The position numbers were made by a program, and so were the translations under genes. Shown one piece after another: positions 11,392-21,441 of a stretch of 64,000 bases of DNA (within the stretch, counting starts at the first letter, position 1; each line of letters opens with the position of its first letter). Where the stretch lies: positions 1 through 64,000 of the forward strand of contig JAHLWZ010000626.1 in NCBI GenBank assembly GCA_020536535.1, in the 5' to 3' direction. The notes under the pieces are model-generated. The model was given only the letters and a program-made list of their open reading frames with translations. It had not been told where the DNA came from and did not search any database. Source of the DNA: Pelomyxa schiedti (taxonomy: Eukaryota > Protista > Evosea).

Positions 11392-13494
11392 TCAAACATC
11401 ACCTGATTTCTGGATTTCGTGGCTGCTGTGGGATAACCAGTGGTGTATTTCGGATTTTGGGCGAGGATCCTGCACCCAGAATTCTGCTAGTTCTTCACGT
11501 GTAATTTCGGGAAACTTGTTTATGGTGTAGATTGCACTGTATGGAGAAGTGGTCACAATTGACAACATGGATGACCTCACAGTATCACTGTCAATGGTAG
11601 GGAATTTCCGCAGAATAAACTTCCATGTTGAGAGTTCAATTTTCCCCCACCTCATTCCTGGCAGTACTTTAAGAAGCTGTTTAAATGTGTAATTCTGTTA
11701 GTGGTAGTATTGGAAATGGAAGAGAACAATACATCGTGGAGGGAAATTCCAAGCATGTCGATCAGCCACTCCGAACATTTTATCTTGTTCATAAGTAATG
11801 TTCTGGAAATCAGTATATTGTTGTTCCCCCGGAGTTGCATCGGTAGAAGATGGAACTGTGTCACAAACCACTTGATCACTTTGCTGGAAACGAAACAGAT
11901 AGGAGAAGTGCAGCACTTTATTGCAGTCTCTTGTGAGAATGGAACTATGGAGTAGAGTCTTTTCAGATCAGTAAGACCACTAGATACAATAAGCCCGAGT
12001 ATTTCATTAAGTAAAGCTGGCTTAATCCATGACATCGGAAAGGCCTGAAGAAGTGCCAAGACTGCCCCTATACTGTACATACGGAGAGCTGCTATGATTG
12101 CATCCTTGAGAAAAGAAACCTCCACCTGAGGAATTACGATATGCTTGAGAAACCAAGTCAAGCCAGGGGGTTCGTGGTGGGAAATACATTTATGACATAT
12201 CTCAACAAGGGTCGAACCCATGATAGTAGGAGTTGAGTTCACAAGATTCATCACTCTATAGGTACTTTCTATCCAGTCTGCTACAACTATGTTGTCAGAT
12301 CCAAGCGACTGAACCAGTGCGTTTCGTATAATCTCAGGTGAGAGTGTGACCTTCTGTGACAACCATGTGAGGAGTTCCACGTTTTGTTGGGGACTGGAAC
12401 ACGTTAAAAGAAAGATGTCAACTGTTGGAGCAATAGATTTCCCAGTGACTAGAGACTTGATAACTTCGAGATCCGTATGCACTCTGCAAGCAGCGTTCAG
12501 ATAGGCTTTATCTGGAGAAATAGAAAAGGCATCCAGTATCCATCTAAGAACCTGCGGGTTCGCTACAGCCTCCAAGTATTTATTACTGAACGTGATCTCT
12601 AATCGATCTTTTGCCCATTGGCAAAGCTCCAGCGAGCTGAGTTTATTTCCCACAATGGCGACGAACAGTGCCTCGTGCTGGTCAGCCTGGACGGAGAAAT
12701 TCTCAACCCACCACTTGGCCAGCGTAGGGTCCATTCCCCGAGCTCCCATAAGCGCGAAGTTGTTCCCAACGTCATCCCCGCCGAACTTCTCCCCCAGCCC
12801 CAACAAATGCGACACCAGCCACTGCGAAATCGCCGCGTTTCCGCTCACCATCGCGACAGGCAGGATCGAGCGGAGCTCCCACGGCTCCCTCCTCCCCATC
12901 CACTCCAGGCCCCACCGCAGCGCCTCCACGTTCCTCGCAGGCCCCAGGCACAGGTCGCGCGCGAACCCCGCGTCGGCCCGCACCCCCTCCCGGAGCTCCC
13001 GGTCCTCGGGCGTCCCGGGGGCCGCGGGCCACCGGAGGCCGCCCCAGCCGCTCGCCCCCACCAGCTCCTCGGCGGCCCCGATGTGCCCGCCGCACAGCAA
13101 CCCGCGGAGCGCCCACACGCACGACTTGGCCTCCCTCCTTGCTCCCGCGGCGCCGGCGCAGCTGTCCCGCCGTTTGGCGCTGCTGTAGGAGCCAGCGGGT
13201 GAGGGAGGGCGAGCCGGTGGCGGCGGCGAGGCGCAGGCGGTAGTAGGACCTGCACTGGGGCAGCGAGGCCTCCGCGAGGGCGCAGAGGCGGGGCACCAGC
13301 GGGAACAGGCCGGCGGCGAGGCTGTACAGCACCGCGGCGTGGGGCTCCCACGAGGTGGGGTCCTCCCCCGCCGGCGTCCCGAGCCACCCCGGCTCCACGA
13401 CCCACTCCCACACGAACCTAGACACCCCCACCACGTGCGCAGCTGCCTCCTTCCCCGACAGCAACGCCTGGTGAAGCATGGAAGGATTAGACAA
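11392..13494 (-). CDS. Large ankyrin-like alpha-helical repeat hypothetical protein, with apparent frameshifts near 13140 and 11655 (pseudogene or sequence error)
   Basis: Protein-like text passes from ORF 12772-13494 (N-terminus) to ORF 11652-13505 (middle, repeated 'N/S..L.QWL' units) to ORF 11392-11655 (C-terminus). Confidence 0.55.
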
Positions 13495-13751
13495 GCCTTC
13501 ATCAAAAAAAAAAATTCAATGAGAGTGTCCTCTCATCCTCGAGGGGTGTTGTTGTGTTCAGGTACAAGGAACCACAAAGCATGCCTCTTCACTTGCTACA
13601 ATCTTGAACAGATAAAGGTTACCAGAGAACAAAACTGAGAAAAGTTCCTAATCATAAAGTTACACAAGCAATGGTTACAATTATACCCTGAAACACTCTT
13701 TGTTTCCAAGCCCACCAAATTGTGTAACAGATGTTACACAATTTGGTGATT

Positions 13752-14005
13752 ACCATAAACATCAGCAGCAAGAGCATCCATCCAGCAAATTTAAATAAAA
13801 TGAGAGAGGAAGGAATGCAGCAGGATTAGAGGATGAAATCCCTTAACAACAGAAGAGAAATTTAGAGGATGAAATCCCTTAACAACAGAAGAAATGATGA
13901 CACCATAAACATCAGCAGCAAGAGCATCCATCCAGCAAATTTAAATAAAATGAGAGAGGAAGGAATGCAGCAGGATTAGAGGATGAAATCCCTTAACAAC
14001 AGAAG
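13752..14005. repeat. Local direct repeat: 104-bp unit twice (13752-13855, 13902-14005); its last 30 bp three times
   Basis: Exact copies are visible; TTAGAGGATGAAATCCCTTAACAACAGAAG occurs at 13826, 13862 and 13976. Confidence 0.9.
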
Positions 14006-14187
14006 CCAGCACTTTGACCATTACCGTGGTTATTGTTTGTGGCAATTCCCTTTGGTAAGTAATGATTACCTATGGGGTGTCCCCATCAAAAGTTGGGTTT
14101 GTGCCGGTGTGGGGCCGAAAATTTTTAGAGAGCAACTTGGCTCTGACCCCCCAAAAAAAACAAGCGGTAGTGCTGGGGTAGATACCA

Positions 14188-15250
14188 ATGAGTGCGCGAA
14201 AGAAATACGAAAACGACGGTCAACACATTTTCTTCAAGTCCAACAAGGCCAACGGGTTTGCGTTCTTGTCCAACTTTTGGCCGTTTGTGAGCGATCCAGC
14301 CAAGCGAGCCTGCCCTGAGGCGTTGGTCTTGGCACCTTCTTCGTTTGTTGTTGATGGGGAGAAGTTCCTCTCTGGTTTGTCCCCGCAAAGATGGTGTTGA
14401 ACTGACTTGACTTTGTTTGTGTTTGGATATGCATTCGACCTGAAAGTGGAGCATTACTTCCAAGCTGTCAAGTATGTTGACATGCCTGCTATCTTTAAGG
14501 ACATAAAGAATCAACCAACTGCAGTGGATGCAAAGAAATGTAACACAAAATGGAAGCATACACACCCTATCAACGTAGCGCATTGGGAAGCCACTAAAAA
14601 GGTAAATACATGCACCAAACTCACCTTTCTGACACGTTGACCTTCAGGGTGTTATGTTCCGTGGGCTGATGGGGAAATTTCAACAAAATCCTCTCCTGAT
14701 GGAAGCTCTTTTAAACACTGGCAATAAGGAACTTTGTGAAATACCTGGTAGAGGTTCTGATAGCTGGGCAGGGGAGAGAAATACATTGGGTGTGATAATG
14801 ATGAATGTCCGGGAGGAACTCCGAAAGAGTCCTTCCTCCGCAACCTCCGTCACCACCCATACAACCAGTTCTTCCACAAGTAAGACAGCAACGAGCCCAA
14901 GTAAAAATGTAAATACAACCAAGCCCACTCCCACGCCAACCGGTTCAAAAACACTAAGCACTGTTAATGCAAAACCCCCAAAGCCAGCCAGTTCTACAGC
15001 AACCACAACCGTAGCGACTACGACATCCACATCCACGTCCGTCACAGCCCCAGCCTCCTCAAAACCTGCCTCACAAAACAAGCCTTCAAACACTACTCCC
15101 ACCAAACTGTTACCACGCAAAACCCCACCACCACCGAACTCCGCAATAGCAAAACGCGCACCACCACCAAAGCAACCTACACTGAATCCACAATCGAACC
15201 CACAAACAGCAGTTATCCCACAACACCAAGATCCAAAGAGCTCCACGTGA
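14188..15250 (+). CDS. NADAR (YbiA-like) N-glycosidase domain protein with a T/P/K-rich tail, 2 introns
   Basis: IFF...FLSNFW...FLS|VEHYFQAVKY...W...|MFRGLMGKFQQNPLLMEALLNTGNKELCE...DSW.G.RNTLGVIMMNVREEL. Confidence 0.88.
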
Positions 15251-15460
15251 ATGCACCCTATTTGTTTAAGAAATGAATAAAAAAATCTCCTACTCACACT
15301 CTACTCCTTCGTTTATTTTTCCAACACACCAGTTCCCGGACAAGGTGCCAAACCGCCGAGTTTGATCTTGGCCATACCAACATGGTCATTTCTCTTTAAA
15401 ACAAAAAACTAGCACACAACACTCGACAAAACACAAGCGAAACAACCTCACTCACGTACG

Positions 15461-18400
15461 ATGCTGTTCTTTTGCACCGAAGAAGTGCGTCGGGCATGCG
15501 GCGAGGCGATCGGCGCTACGGCTACAACGACGAGCCTGTTCGCGCTCAAACCGTCACCGTCGTCGGGAACGATGCCGACGAACGTCGCCGCGTCTCTCTC
15601 GAGCATCCTCCCGTCGGCGCTTCTGTTCGGCGACCCCGTGGCTCTGTGCTCTTTCGGCGTCTCTCTGTACCAGCTCCCCGACACTGACGAACCATCATCG
15701 ACCGACGCGATCGCGACCGCGACGAGTACAGAGACTACTACTGGCGCCGCCGCGATCGCGATGGCGAACCCCGTTCCGAGTTCGACTGCCAATGGGAATG
15801 TAAGTGCACAGTGCCCTTACAATGTTGCGTGTTTCGGCGGCGGAGGAGGAGGCGAGACGGTGATGCGGTCTATGCCTGTGTTGCCTTCTGTGGCTTTGGC
15901 TTCGCCTGATTCGAGGCAAATTCCGATATTCCTGCCAATTCCTTCCTCTGCGGAAGGGTCTGATGGAACCCCGGCTTCCGAGCCTGTTGATTTCCACCAC
16001 TCTCCACCGTTCCCTCTTTATCCAACTCTTGCACCTAGCTCTGAACCAGTCATCAATGCACAACCACCGCACGCACTGCATGTTCCGCAGTTACAGCAAC
16101 TTCTTCATCAACAACTTCATCACCAGTGCACTACTGTAACAATAAAATCACTATACGAACTCAAGATAATGAAGAAGTATGCAGTAAAAGCAGGGCCAAC
16201 TGTACAGCGTACCTCTTGTACGGATATTTCTGTAACATTAGCCAATAAAACTGTAAGTGAACCTACTTTCCATAATGCGCAAACTTGTTAATAACAATTT
16301 CCCTGATGAAGTTCACTACAGTTCATCATTGGGATACAAAGCTTAGTTGGAGAAGTACTAATAAAGCGAACTTCTGCATGGCAACAATCAGTCTCACAAC
16401 AACCATCCTTTCAAACATCTCTCCCGAACTCTGAAGACGAAAACTTCACGTCTGAGCAGCAACTGTCATTGGCAGCACTTCCACCAACAATAAAAGATTA
16501 CGCTGTTACAGAACAGTTTGTCATAATATCACAACCATCTGGATCCCAAGGCACTCTATTCTTGACAAACTTCCGCTTGTTATTCGTTCCAAATGTGTGT
16601 AGGTCACACATTTCAGTTGGAGTAGAATCTCATTCTACTAACCACAGACGGGGACGGACATTATTGATATCCCCTTAACGATAATAAGTCGTATAACGAG
16701 TTTGGGTGGACAGCCTGTTGGAGCAATGGAAAGAATCTTTGGTGCTCGCGAGGGAAAACCTGACGACCACACCATAGAGATAACAACTGTAACTTTGGCC
16801 ACGCTACATCACCTAATATCTGTTTCTTCCAGAGTCCATACTATATGAATTTACAACACCCAACTGTACGATTCGCCTTTGACTCTGGCTGCAAGTATGA
16901 TTAAACGCTTTTCTTGCTTTTACTTTATGAAACGAAAATATGGTCAAGAGATTCACATTCCTTAAGGGAGATGTGCCAACTTATTACTCAGTACTCTTTC
17001 CCAGAACCCAATATGCGGCAGGCACTCTCTTTTTCTCCTCCGTGTACATGCAAATGCTGCTGTTGCTGCGCATGTACATGCGCGTCTTGTTGTGGACCTG
17101 TTCACAGTGTATCCCTAAATCACTCGCAGCACATGTCAACCATTCCAGTAATCATCCTACTCTTCCTTTCTTCCTAAGGAAGCTTTAGCGAAGAGCAAAT
17201 ACTACTGAACATTGTCCTTTCTGTTGTATTATGACACCGTCGCACTTCACCACCAGAACCGGTGCCAAGAACCTTTCTTATGATGAAGTTAGCGAGTTCA
17301 CACGCCAGGGAGTAAACCTTCGAGATGGGATATGGCGAATTTCAACTGTTAATAAGGTAGTCAAATTACATTCCCATCTTTGCACTTCGCCTTGTAACCC
17401 TTTTCCCCATCGTAGGACTACGGAATTTCTGCGACATATCCGCGCGTTCTTGTTGTTCCTCAAAACATTGATGACGATAAATTGAGGATTGTAGCCAACT
17501 TTCGTTCCAAAGGAAGAATACCAGTATTGAGCTGGATGCATAAGTCTGGAGCGGCAATAACGAGAGGTTACAAAAAAAACCAACAAAATCGAAGTTTTAC
17601 TGGTGACAGGCAGTCAACCGCAAAGCGGAATTCTCACTGCGAGATGTTTAGAAGACGAGCGACTGATCAATCAGATTTGTATCAATACTCCTACCCACAA
17701 GCTCTACATTCTGGATTCTAGACCGCTAAGTACATTCCAAATTTCCAAAATTATTATTCGGCCTGAGCACTTCCTTCAGCTAACAGCGTGTTAAACCGAG
17801 CACTTGGTGGTGGCTATGAATGCTCTACATATTATGGCTCTCCTATTGAATTTCTAAACATGCCCAATATACATGTCGTTCGGGACAGCTTTAATAGACT
17901 GCATTATTTATGCATGTGCCTGACATCTGACCCAACATGTCAAACTTGGTTGTATCAGCTATCAAGTACAGCATGGCTTGATTACATACGGTACTTCTAT
18001 AATTGTCTTGTACGCTCTGGTTTCACCTACTGCAGACTAGTGTTATCTGGCACAAGGAGAATTGTTTCCCTAGTTCATGAAGATAATGCATCGGTGTATG
18101 TTCACTGTAGTGATTCTTGGGATCGCACTTCACAGGTTCATTATTGGTACTAAAGACCGCTTAACACGGTATTAGTTATGTGCCCTTGCAGAGATTTGCA
18201 TGGATCCTTATTACAGAACTTTTGAGGGATTCGTTGTTTTGATTGAAAAGGCATTCCTTTGGAGGTATTATCTTTTGTTCTCACTCCTTCAGGAATGGCT
18301 GAAAATTGGGCACAAATTCAATGACCGACTGAGAGAACAATCAAATGCTGGCTCCGTATCAGAAACGTCACCCATTTTCTTACAGTTCCTCGATTGCATA

Positions 18401-19134
18401 TTCCAATTGATGCAGCAGTACCCATCTGCATTTCAATTTAATGACTCCTTCCTTGTTTCGATTATGGAGGCTAGTTTTTCGGTACAATAAAAAGTTTGAG
18501 AGTAACAGTTTCCTAGGAAGCTCTTATTGGGCGGTTTGGTACTTTCTTGGGTAACTGTGATCGACAACGCTCTCAGTTGGCCCCTTCTGTGGTGTCCCTT
18601 TGGGACAATCTGCACCACTTACAACATCCTCAACGATCACTTTCACAGCGGCTCAGATACCCCAAAAGTGGCAACTCCAGCAATGTTAATACAACATGTC
18701 CTATATTCCTTGACTTTATAATAGGCGAACTGCAAGTCGTCCATTTTCCCATTTGTTAACCCTTACTACGACCCATTGTACAAAGATACAATCACACCTA
18801 TGGTAATTCTAGACCTCTGATATTAAAATTCTAAGCAAACGAATAGATTGGGGCACACAACTTGCAACTATGGACGAATTACTACTTCCGGCTGATGCCA
18901 GAAGGAACAGACACAATGTCTATAGCAAATGACCAGAGACTGTATAAATTCATGGAGATGAAAACTCTTATCAGAGACCTCCAGCACGAAATAGCCACCC
19001 TCAAAGGTGACCCACAACAGAACAGCAACGCAACGGAAACAGAAGAACATCAACCGCGCACACCACAAGCAACCACAACAGTCCCACGACCTAACAACAC
19101 TACCGAAACCACAGAATTCTGGCAAGGAGTCTAA
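15461..19134 (+). CDS. Myotubularin-family phosphoinositide 3-phosphatase (GRAM + phosphatase + coiled coil); start uncertain
   Basis: [12 protein letters not shown]; WRISTVN; [12 protein letters not shown]; [11 protein letters not shown]; [17 protein letters not shown]|EWLKIGHKF; [10 protein letters not shown]; FGTFLGNC. Confidence 0.92.
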
Positions 19135-19205
19135 CAATAAAAATAGCAGCACAACAACCAAAAAAAACGGAAGAAAAAAAAGGATTTTTTTTCTCGGAAA
19201 GTGTG

Positions 19206-19227
19206 CGACCCATAATTGCGACGCACA
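19206..19227 (+). promoter_or_regulatory. DUSE-like ncRNA upstream element (CGACCCATAATTGCGACGCACAG)
   Basis: ACCCATAA at 19208 matches the Dictyostelium DUSE consensus WCCCAYAA. It lies 62 nt before the conserved TGAAC that begins the structured element. Confidence 0.6.
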
Positions 19228-19269
19228 GGGATTTTTTAGATGGAAAAGATTCCGGAGAGGGGTGAGGAG

Positions 19270-19560
19270 TGAACTGCCTCACCGTTGTGGGGTGTTCAGC
19301 CTGTAAAGCTTCGTTGGTGTCCGACCACGGATCACAGTCAGAGCATTATGCGGGTTTCCGCGGGCTTTGGCTGTTCCTTGGTCAAATGGCCCAAACGGAC
19401 ACAAGATTTGTCGCCGGAGTCAGCGTCGTCCCAGTCTGGTACTGGACAAGCCCTGCTGGTTATGGCGAATAGCCGCCACCTAGGGTGATGGATGAAGGGC
19501 CAGGCTGCTGGAGACCTGCTCCAAATGGCTGTGCTTGTGACGGATGCTGCAGGTTTTTTT
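19270..19560 (+). ncRNA. Unassigned ~290-nt structured ncRNA, copy 1
   Basis: Homologous to 21038-21332 with compensatory changes in several stems; terminal stem CCTGTA/TGCAGG; T7 run at 19554-19560; upstream DUSE-like element. Confidence 0.7.
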
Positions 19561-19680
19561 GGTTTTGATTGTGGTTTCCCCACCAGTGGCGATACCATTA
19601 AAAAATGATTGACAGAGATCCTCTGGTTTAGTGTTTGGGAGTTGTTTTAATGTTTAGGAAGCTGGCACTGAGGGTGTTAG

Positions 19681-20820
19681 ATGAAAACACCCACCTCAAG
19701 TTGGGTTCTTGCATCAGAGATGATAAGAGATCCATCGAAGGGGAGTGCGTCACCCCAAGTTGGGGGTTGTGCCTGTCCCACAAGTTGGACCCAAATCGAC
19801 GAGTGTGTTGCAGAGGCCGTCGTAAGGAACGTGGGCGATCTGCCAACGTTGGTTGCGCTCGACCTGGTCAACAAACAGTTCCACAGATTCGCGTCCAAGT
19901 TGGTGCTGTTGTTGCTTGTGTGTTTTGGGAGTCCGTCTGTGTGTAAATCATTCCGTGCATCCAATGTTCCTCATTATTCTTAATACACATCCAGAGATAC
20001 TTAAAAAAAAAAGGTAGGAAGCTGAACCTACTTCGCAGTACACACATTTTGTGGCTAACAGAGCGTGACAAATCAGTGGCGCGAAATGGAACTACTCCGG
20101 GGGAAGTCATTACAGTCAGGGTTGTTTGAGGGATGAACCGGGTGGCGACTTTGCAGGAAGGTTCTTTGTTGTAAGTGCACCAGTTAGGGGTGGAACTGTC
20201 ACGTTGGAGCTGTGGGGTATGTATTTATCCACCATCTTTTAATAATGGGCGTTTGCTCCTGGTAAATAGACACTGAGACAGAAAGATATCCCGCATGGAG
20301 ACATGTGTGTATTTTCCCAATGTAAACCTCAAGGCCAATTCCAAAATAGATAAGCGGCCAGTCAAGAAATTGCCGCGAACCGATTGTTATTGTTCTTGTA
20401 TACGATGTTACAAACTTCTTTCCCTTTGATGGTCTCTACCAAATTGTCAATGAGTGCCGAGGACAGTGGTTACCCAAGGTAAATGGTTTTTTTTATCTCT
20501 GTTTATATTATCTGAAGTTCAAAAATGATATGTCATACTATCTATAAGTGGAAATTTACACTACCACCAACCAGTTCCTTGTTTGTGGCAACAAGGCTGA
20601 CTTGAACCGCAGCCCCAGTTCTTGTGGTGGTGGAGGAGTCACATACTCACAAGGGCAGGACTTCGCAAGAGCCAACAGCTGTGATGGGTTTATTGAAGTC
20701 TCCGCTAAAGCCAATAAGAATATACCGGAACTGCTCAGGGCTATTGGAGTTCTAGCCCTGGAGGATGCGGATCAAAAACAGCACCAGACTGAGGACCGAT
20801 CCCATTGTAGCCTGATGTGA
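19681..20820 (+). CDS. Divergent Ras-superfamily small GTPase with an F-box-like N-terminal segment and C-terminal CaaX
   Basis: Degenerate G1 (CFGSPSV) and G3 (LELW|DTETERY); IVLVYDVT; LVCGNKADL; FIEVSAK; ends CSLM. Confidence 0.75.
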
Positions 20821-20972
20821 GTGTGATGTGTAACCAAGGAAACTGCAAACACAAAAAACCATGCTAAAGAAGCTTCTCATTCTCACTTCTAGAGGCAACT
20901 TCCTCATAAGCATGATTGATTGAAGGGTCAGTGTGTGCCCCTGAGTGCACCAGGGTCTTTTTCTTTAGGTCC

Positions 20973-20996
20973 CGACCCATACTTGAAACACACAGG
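20973..20996 (+). promoter_or_regulatory. DUSE-like ncRNA upstream element (CGACCCATACTTGAAACACACAGG)
   Basis: Aligns with 19206-19227; lies 63 nt before the TGAAC of copy 2. Confidence 0.55.
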
Positions 20997-21037
20997 ATTT
21001 CATAGCTGCCAAAAGCTCCCAAAGTTTGGGCTCTGTT

Positions 21038-21332
21038 TGAACCTCCTCAGAGTTATCTGACGAGGTCAGCCTGCAAAGCTTTGCTGGTGACCGACCTTGG
21101 GTCAACAATCAGAGAACAGGGCAGCGTTTGCAGCCTAACGCTCTGGTTGCCTTGGTCAAATGGCCCAGACGGACGCAAGATTTGTCGCCGGAGCAGCTTT
21201 TCCCCAGCCTGGTGCTGGACGACCTGGTTTCAGGCAAATTGTCGTTACTAGGGGTTAGGATGAAGGCATCAGGCTGCGGGAAACCCGGCTCCAAATGGCT
21301 GTGCTTGCGACGGATGCTGGCAGGTTTTTTTT
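21038..21332 (+). ncRNA. Unassigned ~290-nt structured ncRNA, copy 2
   Basis: See copy 1; T8 run at 21325-21332. Confidence 0.7.
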
Positions 21333-21441
21333 GGCTTGTATTGAGTCGATTTTCTTGTGATCACCCCCTGACACTCAGCTGTGACTCATGGGATGGTGTG
21401 TAAACGGTTGCGGAAAATAGGAGCGACGAGGAGACCTGCGC

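Noticed and set aside
13826-14005. Three 30-bp palindromic repeats as a CRISPR array
   Set aside because: The spacers are 6 and 84 nt, the longer one is largely duplicated sequence, there are no cas genes and the context is eukaryotic
19378-19415. tRNA or tRNA-derived SINE (A-box-like TGGTCAAATGG, D-arm-like stem)
   Set aside because: There is no B box/T-arm, acceptor stem or A-rich tail, and these bases are better explained by the covarying long arm
19440-19520. Cobalamin riboswitch resemblance (GGAGACCTGC, GAAGG)
   Set aside because: The core GGGAA/CCCCGC elements are absent and the B12-box-like stretch differs in copy 2
19478-19525. SRP RNA identity for the unknown RNA (similar size, UGUAA near the 5' end, GGCCAGG..GGARAC)
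   Set aside because: The conserved helix-8 3' strand (AGCAG) is missing, CAGG pairs upstream with covariation, and UGUAA is UGCAA in copy 2. It is not excluded without cmscan, but I do not call it.
21057-21095. Hammerhead ribozyme core CTGACGA
   Set aside because: No GAAA follows stem II, and the motif is absent from copy 1
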